Shown in pieces: positions 52,541-64,000 of a stretch of DNA of 64,000 nt. Each line of letters opens with the position of its first letter. The stretch's first letter is position 1. Source of the DNA: the human T2T-CHM13v2.0 reference genome, Homo sapiens; the NCBI RefSeq assembly GCF_009914755.1, contig NC_060942.1. One strand, written 5' to 3'. A program made the position numbers and the translations under genes. The notes under the pieces are model-generated. The model was not told the DNA's origin. It did not search any database and saw only the letters and a list, made by a program, of their open reading frames with translations.

Positions 52541-54085
52541 TGTTCATTTTTGTGTGTTTGGATTATTTCAAAACTACATATTTTAAGAAAAAATCAAATG
52601 AGAAAAAAATTACAGGAAATAAAATAGCCCAGCCTTCCATCATTATTCTCCTGTATGAAAGTGCCAAGAATAGATATAACATATTTTCTTGAATCTTCAG
52701 CACACAGTGCACTACCAATCATTTATTTGTGCATTAGAAATATTTACTAACCTTCTGTAGATTCAATGAGAGTGTTGCCTTTTCTCATTCTGCAAATACA
52801 TACAAAAATTTAGATGGTATGTTGAATGAATAGTTTCTGTTTTATTATTAATCTCTCAACCCTGAGTCAGCACTATTATATTTTCTAGTTTAATCATGGA
52901 ATTTTTACTCTTAAAATCATTTGAAGGATTAGGGAATAAGAGAAGTAATTGCCTAAAACATTAACATTGCCCACTGTGATTTGTATGATTTCAGCCAAGT
53001 TAAGTGATTCAGTAATAAAGTACCACCTCTATAACTCCAGGTAATAGAAGATGAGCAGATCTTCACCATCTGTAGCTAATTTTATTTTCCATTGAGATGA
53101 AGTGTCATTTCTAACCATCTCTTGTGTTGTAATTCCCATTCTGAAATGAAATAAACCATACTGCAGTTACAAAGCTACTGGACATATGTAGGTGATTCTG
53201 AAAGAACCTGGCACCTTTTCCTCTCCCACATTGCTGTCTTTCCTGAACCTGCTGCATTCTGCCCTCCTTTTTGATCCATTCCAGTTCGGGAGCCAGCCGT
53301 TACTCCCACACATAGGGCACTTTTGGCAGCCAGAGGACTCATAAGAACGCTGGCCAGCCTTGACTGGTTATACAGCAGATGTTTGGGAAGTCATATTTTT
53401 GAAATTTATATTCTCTGTAGGATAGAGGACAGGGTTTTAAAAATAATTTTGTCCACATTATGCTTTCTTCTTTTTTGATGCTTAGGCATTTGAAAGGCAA
53501 TTCTTGGAGAAGAAGCATAATATCTGAAAATCTTCTGCTGCTATCATTAAGCATTTATTTGATGATCAAAAAAGGCATGAGAGTTTAAAGTGTAACAAGA
53601 AATTGTATCTCCTTTTATACAAACAGAACAAGATGTTTGGCTACACCATACATTTGACTGAGAAATTGGAAGGAAATACAATTAAATTGTCATGTTGTAA
53701 GATCTCTATTCACATATTAGAAAACATTGCTTTTAATTAGGATGTGGGTGTTTTGGCCTTTTTGGTCAATATATTAAAGAGTTTCTTTATACGAAGCTGG
53801 TTATACCATATACGAAGCAAAAGAGGCAATATATAACTCTATAAGAGAAATAAACCAAATTAATCAAATAGGCTTCAGTGTTATTAAAGAAACAAAATAT
53901 TGTTACTTTTGGTTGTATATAAATATATATTTTTATATGATGAGGGTAGTGATGTCTGAGGAATTAGTTTTGTCAATATACCTGTAATCTCCAGGTTTCC
54001 TAAAAAAACAACAGCAACAACTGTATTTTCTTAAGTATTCCATGTTGTCAAAAAAGTAGAAGTAATTTTAGCCCTTAAAGCATAT

Positions 54086-54413
<328 letters not shown>

Positions 54414-55642
54414 CCTTAAAGCATATTTTTATTACCATAAAAATAAATGGGATGTGTCCAAAATAAAAAAAAAGTCAACAGAAGATATAAAACTTCACTT
54501 GTTTTTGATCTGCTATAATGTAATATTAAACTATTCTATAAGAAGTTGTCATCATGATTGAGGTGTATTTTGCAGTTTGTAAAAATAATTGAGCTATTTC
54601 AAGGCAATGCTGCAATTTTGCTAATAAGTTTACTTCTGAAAAGACCTAAGCTGTCTCTGTCCTATATCTTCAGCAACATTTATTAATGTATTTTCTTGTC
54701 ATTCTCCTTTCATTATTCATTGTAACTTCTGCTCTCTTACCTCTATCAGCACACCACACACCTGTGTAGCCAGAACATTGCAGCATCTTTGTCATTGAAA
54801 ACACTCTAGACAGATATACTGTCTAAATTATAGAAAGAAGATTCAATATAGTACCGAGAAGGTGATTTCTTCTCATGTCCTGGGATTCTAAATCTAAGAT
54901 GATTTAAGAGGTGCAGTTAAGGAATTTATCATAATACTGTTTCCCCTATAAAAGTGAACATTTTATGAAGGAATAAAAATATAAAGGAATGTGACGAAAT
55001 TGTTAATTGGGGTGACATTTAGCTGGTCTCAAATGTGAACAAGATTTGAACAAAAGATGAAGGAAGATATTAATATGGAGTTACAAAAAATAATTTCAGA
55101 AAAGTAAAAGCCACAGGGAAACTTGGGCAAATCATTAATGAAGTTTTATGAAATAAACAATGAAAAAATTATCTTCATGACAATATTGCTTCAGAGATTC
55201 TGGAAGGTAATAAGTTTGCACATTATTTTTTAGTAAATAAATTTAGTTTTATGACTTTTTGCCTATTTGAAAGACACCATTTAGGCGTCCATTCAAAGAG
55301 GTCACATGGGAGGAAATGACCTTTGATATACCACAAGATTTTGTTTTGCCAATGCTTTTGTGTATAATATAGGTGAGCACATTTACTTATAAAAGCAAAC
55401 ACTTCCCAACTAATCCTATTAGATCAATATTGTTCTGACATGATAACCTACAAACCAATACTCTCATGAACAGAGATGTGATGTTGAATCTAGTAATATT
55501 TTGAAAGCATAATACATCAACTACATTACAGCCTGGTGGGGAATATCACAAGAATGCAAACCTCACAGTATGGAGTGCTGGCTAGGATGCTGTGCAACTA
55601 GAACTCTCATAGATTTCTGGTGTAAATTTCAAATGTTAGAGT

Positions 55643-56460
55643 TGATACGGAAGGGGGACAGGGAAATGCTGGGTAGAGGAAAGCATGGTCCCTGGCGAGG
55701 GCTCTACCCTTGGGCTTGTGCCCACTGATTAGGTGAGGACAGGGATTTCTGTTTTTTTGCCCAAATGTTGAGTTTCTCAAGACCACCCTGGCCTGCCATG
55801 CCCCGATCCTGTGCCTATAAAAACCCGGAGACCCTAGTAGGCAGACATACAAGCGATTGGACGTTGAGAGGAACACATTGGCAGAAGAACACACAAGCAG
55901 CTGGACGTTGAGAGGACAAGGACGGAAGAGCACACCAAGAAATGCTGGGAGGCCGGCAGGCCATCAACAGGCAGAATGATGTGGAGTTTGAGTGGGACAG
56001 TGGGAGGAGAAGGGCCACTGAGTGCCGGGCTCCAGGGGAAAACCACTTTCCCACTCCATCCCCTTCTAGCTCCCCCATCTGCTGAGAGCTGCTTCCACTC
56101 AACAAAACCTTGTACTCATTCTCCAAGCCCACGTGTGATCCAGTTCTTGTGCCTGGTACACCAAGGCAAGAATCCCAAGATACAGAAAGCTCTCTGTCCT
56201 TCAATAACTCAGGGGGTCTAATTGAGCTGACTAACACAAGCCACCTATGGATGACTAAACTAAAAGAGCAACCTATAACCCACAGCCACTGGAGCTTCAG
56301 CTGTAAACATTCACCCCTAGACACTGCCATGGGATCAGAGCCCCACAACCTGCCCATCTGCATGCTCCCCCAGGGGTTTGAGCCATGGGGCACCTAAGAA
56401 TCAAGCCATGGCCCCATCACACTCCCTGAAAGGGGGATTAAGGGAACCTTTCCTCTTTCA
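55643..56460 (+). mobile_element. LTR9-like (HUERS-P3/MER52 group) ERV1 solo LTR
   Basis: TG...CA termini (tgatacggaaggggg ... cctctttca), TATA-like cctataaaaa at ~55815, 4-bp TSD gagt/cagt. Confidence 0.8.
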
Positions 56461-57843
56461 CAGTCACCTCAATAGACAGTTTGATAGTTTCTTACAATAT
56501 AATATGACCCAGCAATTTCACTCAAGGTAACTTAAAACGTATGTTCATACAAAAGCCTTTAAACCAATGTTTATAGAAGCTTTAAAATCACCAGATACTG
56601 GAAACAACTGTCCTTCAACAGGTAAATGGATAAACACCTAAAATGCATCCATAAGATAAAAGATAAAACCTGCTCAAAAATAAAAAGAAACACTCTTGAT
56701 TTATACAACCACATAAATGAATGCTAGATGCATTTTACTTGGTTAAAAAAAAAAAAACATACTCCAGACTAATATTTCATGATTCCACCTATATGACTTT
56801 TCAGAAAGGAAACATTGTAGGGGCAGAAAACTAATCAGTGGTTGCCAGGGGTAGAGCGTGGAGGGAAGGGTTTTGACCAAAAAGGGATCACAGAAGAGAA
56901 CACTTAGGGAGAGGTATATATAACTACGGTGGTAGATCATTCTTTTCATTTGTTAAAATTGTACATCACAACCTGTGAATTGAACTGTATGTAAACTTCT
57001 TAAAAAGCAAGAAAAATATAAGGAGGACAAAATGAAATTCAAATTGTAAACAGTAATATTAAACTCTACCTATACAACTAACTAAATAAAAATTAAATAT
57101 TTTTTTCAACATTTACATAAACATGAATGGAATAAGGGAAAAATGAACTCACTTAAGTAACATTTGGCTACTTTTTAAGAAAAATGATCACAAGCAAATA
57201 CTGCACCTTAGTTTGAAAATTTATTTCTCAAGTGGGTATGCATTAACAGTTCTGTGATTGTATGCATACTAGAACTTAACAAATATGTAAATAAATTGCA
57301 GATGAGAGACTCGGGTTTCTTATTTTCTGAGAAAGAAGTTACAAATTTAAAAAAGGAAGAATGCAAGAATAAAGCCTGGGATGCTGAATTAGAGTCAGAG
57401 ATTGTGTGTGTGTGTGTGTGTGTGTGTATACACATAGGTTATTATACATACGTGAGTTTTAAAACTGTACACTCAGAGACCCAAAAGCAGTGACATCCAT
57501 TGGCACCATGCACATTAACTGTTGAGTTTTTGGTTTCTAAGTACCATTTTTCAATAAAAGAAATATGGCTCCTTAGAGAAGTAGTTGATCCCAAGGCTGG
57601 AGCAGAGGATAATACAAAAGCCTTATGAATTTTGTGATGCCAAAGGTAAGAAAGTCCCCACAAAAGGATGGAAATCTTTAAAAAAATATACATAAACTAC
57701 AGAAGCCAATCTGAAATAGCTCCCAATGGGCAAACCTAGAACCATTTATGCAATTAAATAAATATTGATAATTTTGTATTATAAGCCATATAATAAAATG
57801 CCAAATAATAAATACATATATATGTGTATACATTAAATATATA

Positions 57844-60183
57844 TGATATGATTTGGCTATGTCTTCACCTAAATCTCATCTTGAGTTGTAGCTCCTGTAA
57901 TTCTCATGTGTTGTAGGAGTGACCAGGTGGGAGATGATTGAATTACAGGGCAGTTTTTCCCATACTGTTCTGGTGGTAGTGAATAAGTCTCACAAGATCT
58001 GATGTTTTTATAAAGGGTTTCCCCTTTCATTTGGCTCTCATTCTTTCTTTCCTGCCACTATGGAAGACATGCCTTTCACCTTCCACCATGATTATGAGGC
58101 CTCTCCAGCCATGTGGAACTGTGAGTCCATTAAACTTCTTTTTCTTTATAAAGTACCCAGTCTCAGGTGTGTCTTTATCAGCAGTGTGAAAATGGACTAA
58201 GACTGTAAACTGGTACCAGGTAGTGGGACGCTGCTGTAAAGATACCCAAAAATGTGGAAGCAAGTTTGGAACTGGGTAAGAGGCAGATTGTGAAACAGTT
58301 GGGAGGGCTCAGAAAAAAAGTAGAAAAATATGGGAAAGTTTGGAACTTCCTAGAGACTTGGAGGGCTCAGAAGGCAGGAAGATGTGAGGAAGTTTGGAGC
58401 TTCCTAAAGACTTATTGAATGGTTTTGATCAAAATGCTGATAATGATATGGACAGTTAATTCAGGCTGAAGTGGTCTCAGATGGAGATGAGGAACTTGTG
58501 AACTGGGGTAAAGGTCACTGTTGCTATGCAAAGAGACTGGTGGCATTTTGTCCCTGCCATAGAGATTTGTGGAACTTTGAACTTGAGGTAGATGATTTAG
58601 GGTATCTGGTGGAAGAAATTTCTAAGCAGCAAAGCATTCAAGAAGTGATTTGAGTGCCATTAAAGGCATTCAGTTTTAAAAGGGAAACAGAGCATAAATG
58701 TTCAGAAAATTTGCAGTCTGATGATGTAATGGAAAAGAAAAACCCGTTTTCTCAAGTTAAAATCAAGCCAGCTGCAGAAATTTGCATAAGTAATGAAGAG
58801 TCAAATGTTAATTACCAAGACAATGGGGAAAATGTCTCCAGGACATGTCAGAGAACTTTGTGGCAGCCCTTCCCATCACAGGCAGGCCCAGTGGCCTAGG
58901 AGGAAAAATGGTTTTAGGGCCAGGCCCAGGGCCCCCACTGCGATGTGCAGCCTAGGGGTTTGGTGCCCTGCATTCCAGCCACTCTAGGCATGGCTAAAAT
59001 GGGCCTAGGTACAGCTAGGTACAGCTCAGGATGTGGCTTCAGAGGGTAAAAGCCCCAAGCCTTGGCAGCTTCCATGTGGTGTTGAGCCTGTGGGTTCACA
59101 GAAGTCAAGAATTGAGGTTTGGGAACCTGCCTACATTTCAGAGGATGTATGGAAACCCCTGGATGTCCAGGCAGAAGTTTGCTGCAGGGGTGGGTCCCTC
59201 ATGTAGAACCTCTGCTAGGGCAGGGCAGAAGGGAAATATGCAGTTGAAGCCCCCACACAGGGTCCCCACTGGGGCACTGTCAAGTTGAGCTGTGAGAAGA
59301 GGTCCATTTTCCTCCAGACCTCAGGTGGTAGATACACCAAGAGCGTGCACCATGCACTTAGAAAAGCCACAGACACTCAATGCCAGCTCATGAAAGCAGC
59401 CAGGAGGGAGGCTGTACCCTTCAAAGCCAAAGGGGTGGAGCTGCCCAACACCATGGGCACCCACGTCTTGCGTCAGTGTGATTTGGATGTGAGACATGGA
59501 GTCAAAGTAGATCATTTTGGAGCTTTAAGTATTGACTGCTCTGCTAGATTTTGGACTTGATTGGGACTTTTAGTCCCTTTGTTTGGGCCAATTTCTCTCA
59601 TTTGGAATGGGTATATTTACTCAATACCTCTACCCCCATTGTATCTAGGAAGTAACTAACACACTTTTGATTTTTCAGGCTCATAGAGGAAGGGACCTGC
59701 CTTGTCTCAGATGAAACTTTGGACTGTGAACTTTTGAGTTAATGCTGAAATGAGTTAAAACTTTAGGGGACTTTGGGGAAGGCATGATTGGTTTTGAAAT
59801 ATGAGGACATGAGATTTGGGAGGGGCCGGGGGTGGAAGATACAGTTTGGCTGTGTCCCCACCCAAATCTCATCTTGAATTTTAGCTCCCATAATTCCCAT
59901 GTGTTGTGGAGACAATTGAATGATGGGGGTGGTTTCCCCAATACTGTTTTCGTGGTAGTGAATAAGTCTCATGAGGTCTGATGGTTTTATAAAGGGCTTC
60001 CCCTTTCACTTGGCTCTCATTCTCTCTTTCCTGATGCCATGTAAGGCATGCCTTCCACCTTCTACCATGATTGTAAGGCCTCCCCAGCCACATGTAACTG
60101 TGAGTCCATTAAACCTCTTTTTCTTTATAAATTGCCCAGTCTCTGGGATGTCTTTATCAGCAGTGTGAAAACGGACTAATACA
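57844..60183 (+). mobile_element. Full-length THE1 (C-like) MaLR: 5' LTR 57844-58204, internal 58205-59837, 3' LTR 59838-60183
   Basis: Two ~350-bp homologous LTRs; internal region starts gtaaactggtacc and ends in polypurine tract gggaggggccgggggtggaa; TSD atata/atgta. Confidence 0.95.
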
Positions 60184-60335
60184 ATGTATACATGTATGTG
60201 TATATCTATATCTATATCTATATGTATAATTGAATAAGTAAGTAAATCGAGGAACAAAATACACCTTTCCTCCACAGAAGCATTCCAATTAATAAATGTA
60301 TAAATACATTATAATTTTAAACTGAAGACATTTCA

Positions 60336-60695
<360 letters not shown>

Positions 60696-60989
60696 CTAAT
60701 GGATTCCAAAATTGGTAAGTGAAAGTTTGAACAGAGACATACTTTTACATATTCTGAAAGTATCTTCCTCAGGTTATTTATTGATTTCAAAGGTATGCAT
60801 TGTAACTCTACAGTGGCAAAACCCAGCAGACACCATACTTATACAAATAATGAAGGTTAACAATAATAAAGTATAGGAACATCATGTTCTCCTGACATGA
60901 GAAGGGCACAAGAAGACAAAGCTTTAATCTAATAATGAGAATAAATCTGACAAACCAAAATTGAAGAATATTCTATAAAATAATTAACT

Positions 60990-61280
60990 GGCTAGGAGCA
61001 GTGGCTCACTTCTGTAATCGCAGCACTTTGGGAGGCCAAGGTGGGTGGATCACCTGAGGTCAGGACTTTGAGACCAGCCTGGCCAACATTGTGAAACCCC
61101 GTCACTAGTAAAAATACAAAAATCAGCCAGGTGTGGTGGCGCACACCTATAATCCTAGCTACTTGGGAGGCTAATGCAGGAGAGTCACTTGAACCCAGCA
61201 GGCGGAGGTTGCAGTGAGCACTCCAGCCTTGGTGACAGAGTGAGACTCTGCCTCAAAAACAATAAAAATAAAAAATAAAA
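60990..61280 (+). mobile_element. Alu (AluSx-like) with small right-arm deletion
   Basis: gatcacctgaggtcagg; gcagtgag|cactccagc lacks the cgagatcgcgccactg segment; TSD ataaaataattaac. Confidence 0.93.
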
Positions 61281-61383
61281 TAATTAACCAATTCTCTGGT
61301 GAAGTGTCAAGATCATAAAAGAAGAAAAAGACCAAGGAACTGTCACAGATTGAAGGAGACTAAGAAGACATGAAAACTAAATA

Positions 61384-61710
61384 CAGTCTTCCTTTGGCAT
61401 CAATGGGGGATTGGCTCCAGGAACCCCAAAGACACCAAAATTGCAAATGTTCAGGTCCCTGATATAAAGTAGTGTAATATTTGCATAAAACCAATCCACT
61501 TCCTCCCACGTATTTTAAATCAGCTCTAAACTATTTGTAATATCTAACACAATGTAAATGGTCTGTAAACAGTTATTATATGGTATTGTTTTTTTGTTTG
61601 GACTTTGTATTTTTGTATTGCTTTTTTTTTGCTTTTTTCTTCTGAATATTTTCAACTTGCAGTTGATTGAATCCATGAATGAAGAACCCACGGACACAGA
61701 GTATTGACTG
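61384..61710 (+). mobile_element. MER2 (Tigger-family non-autonomous DNA transposon)
   Basis: TA|cagtc...gggggattggctccagga...gttgattgaatccatg...gaacccacggacacagag...gactg|TA: terminal inverted ends with TA duplication. Confidence 0.9.
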
Positions 61711-62429
61711 TACAATGTGTGATTCTAGATTGAATAACTTAAAGTAAAAAGACATTCATTTTTAAATCACATAAATTCTGAATAAAATCTCTACATTAGT
61801 TACTGGTATTGTACCAACTGTAATTTTTTTAATTTTGGTAATAGTATCAAGGTTATGGAACTGTTTAGATGAAGGCAATCCAGGGATTCTTTGTGTTAGT
61901 CTTGTAATTTTTCTTTGTCTATAATTATTTGAAAATGAAATGTTTAAAGTATATATTTTGTAAACTGAATGGAGTAAGAAATATATTAGATTCACTGCTT
62001 ATATGAATCTGTGAGTATATCTCTAACATGGAATACATTATATTATGATACATCTCTGCTTTTTGTTACTATCCCTCACTAAAATAAGCAATCTTTGAGG
62101 GTTATGGAGGTATTTCGTCCTTTCCTATCATTTAAACAGATGGATTAATAACTAAGCAAATGAATAAATTGATGCTGTGCAAGAATCTAAATTTTCTTTG
62201 ACATGTTATAATAATTTTAGTAGTCTAGAAAAAAGAATTCTAAAGAAGCAAGTATTATCACGTAATTACACGGTCCACATTTTCATATATATTCTGCCTA
62301 TAAAACAGCTACTATATTGCTGATTAAAGAAAGCTAATTCTGTAATAGAAGTTTAAACAGAGTTTGAAATGGGAGATCAAAATGTATTTGCCAGTGAGTA
62401 AAAGAGGAAATAAACGCCATCAGGCCTAC

Positions 62430-62525
62430 CTGATTAGCTGAATCAGCCTAGTAATCAGTGGGGGCGACATATCAGTCAGATTAATCGGAAGGACTCCTGA
62501 AAAGAAGATTCGCTGTCTCCTTGTC
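62430..62525 (-). other. Weak candidate exon (96 nt) overlapping a homeodomain-motif-rich unique island
   Basis: Minus strand: acceptor cattttcttgtctccag|, donor CAG|gtaggc; stop-free only in phase 2. Confidence 0.25.
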
Positions 62526-62689
62526 CTGGAGACAAGAAAATGTCTAGTGGGTGGCAATAACAAAAATGCAAATAATAATTTAATTTGCAGTAATTTTTTT
62601 GCCAATTAAAATTTTCTGTAAATAAAATGGTCATTTCATCATGCAGCTAAAGGCCCTGTCACAGAATTTATTTAAAACAGTCTGGGCTC

Positions 62690-62930
62690 TTAAGTGAAAG
62701 CTGAACAATGAGAACACATGGACACAGGGAGCAGAACAACACACACTGGGGCCTGTGGGAGGTGGAGGGGTGGGGGAAAGGAGAGCATGAGGAAAAACAG
62801 CTAATGCATGTGGGGCTTAATACCGAGGTGATGCATTAATAGGTGCTGCAAACCACCATGGCACATGTTTACCTATGAAACAAACCTGCACATTATCCTG
62901 TACATGTACCCCAGAACCTAATAACATTTT
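62690..62930 (+). mobile_element. L1PA (PA12-14-like) 3' end
   Basis: gaacaatgagaacacatggacacaggga...gctaatgcatgtggggcttaatacc...caaaccaccatggcacatgtttacctatg. Confidence 0.92.
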
Positions 62931-64000
62931 TAAAGGAGCACTCAAAGCCCCTATGAGTTAGCCTCAGCTTGGCTGCATGGATGGCACCCTGAAGTCACTT
63001 TGCTATCGCTGTTAGGCAACACTCAGGCAGGCCTTCCTCAGGACTGGTTCCCTCCCAAGACAGGTTTGGTGAAAAAACAAACAAACAAGCAAAAAAGTCT
63101 GGGCAACTGTTTCTTAGGTGTTTCTGGATAGAAAAAAGTAGGATTTAATTTTTTGTATAGTCACAAAATGTTAATTTTCTATGAGTCATTTAAAGGCCTA
63201 GGAAACAATCTGTAAAAATAAATCTGACCTCTGTACCATAGGTAACCTGGAAGCATCGTATTTCCAGGCAGGTGGAAGATGAAGGCCTCATTTAGTGTAA
63301 ACCTGAAACTTCTAGTTTCAGTCTTTTCTAGACTCAACCATGCTTATTACTCTGGGTTAACAAGTGCTATTAAGTAGTATCCTCATCCTACTCTACTATC
63401 TCTCCTCCTTTTTTGAAAATGAAAAAAAAAAAAAAGGTGAATTTGTTTAGCAAATATATAGATAAAATGCCTGTCAGAAATAACTGCTTCTATATCACTT
63501 TGCCACATCACATTCTCCTTCACTATCTAGTGCTCTCTGAGTGGTAAGTATTTTTGATAATATGCCAGTGTTTGATTCATCTTCTTAGTTTTTTTAAACC
63601 TCCTCCTATGTAGTCATTGAGAAAGTGAGGGCTCTGCTTTATGCCTAACCTAAGCTTCTGGATACTGTAGGCATGCATCTCCCTAGAACATAAAACCTTC
63701 ATAATCTCAAAATCTCCCCTTAGGAGGAAGGAATGGTAATGCTCATAGATTGCCTACCTGGTTCCATACTTTTCTCCTCAAAATGTGTTTAAATAAAAAG
63801 AAGAAACAATGGATGAATGAATGAGGGAATGAATGAATGAAGAAAGACAATATATATATTAGTGTTCTGAAATGAAAAGTCTTGGTCATCTTCACTGTAC
63901 ATTAAAAATTTATGCAGTTGTTTTAGTAAAATTCAACAGTCATTTATTGAAACCCACTCTGCCTAACTTAAGTTGTTAGAAAACTTTTATCACAGTATTA

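Noticed and set aside
55815-56393. Longest ORF in the track (192 aa, minus strand)
   Set aside because: Entirely antisense within the LTR9-like LTR, no recognisable domain; a chance ORF in GC-richer repeat sequence.
58300-58413. ~58-bp tandem duplication (ggagggctcagaa...gaaagtttggaacttcctagagactt)
   Set aside because: As I recall, a common variant within THE1 internal sequences rather than a locus-specific feature.
58471-59560. Several ORFs in the THE1 internal region
   Set aside because: Fragments of the decayed MaLR internal ORF, broken by stops and frameshifts.
63245-63321. Short hairpins (cctggaa...ttccagg; ctgaaact-tct-agtttcag)
   Set aside because: 7-8 bp stems are expected by chance in 64 kb; no tRNA, snoRNA or miRNA features.

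Overview
AT-rich, CpG-poor primate (human-like) genomic DNA that reads as intergenic or deep-intronic sequence, dominated by transposon relics: Alus, old L1/L2/MIR fragments, MaLR elements (THE1, MST, MLT1), ERV1/ERVL LTRs and a MER2 DNA transposon. No listed ORF is a credible cellular gene, and no rRNA, tRNA or CRISPR array is visible. Repeat subfamily names are recalled from consensus sequences by eye, not from a database search. Non-routine structure: (1) a ~205-bp inverted repeat of non-repeat sequence (12541-12745 / 13445-13656) with a perfect 71-bp inner stem, a diverged outer stem and a templated-insertion-like scar; (2) a decayed minus-strand ERVL-class internal region (~34290-40160) with two divergent pol copies in tandem, the first lacking its RNase H and integrase zinc finger, the second retaining them; (3) three or four well-formed minus-strand candidate exons in unique DNA, suggesting a spliced lncRNA with a possible small ORF; (4) retrotransposition oddities, including a 10-nt Alu stub with a perfect 15-bp TSD and an L1 with its 5' end fused to its 3' end.
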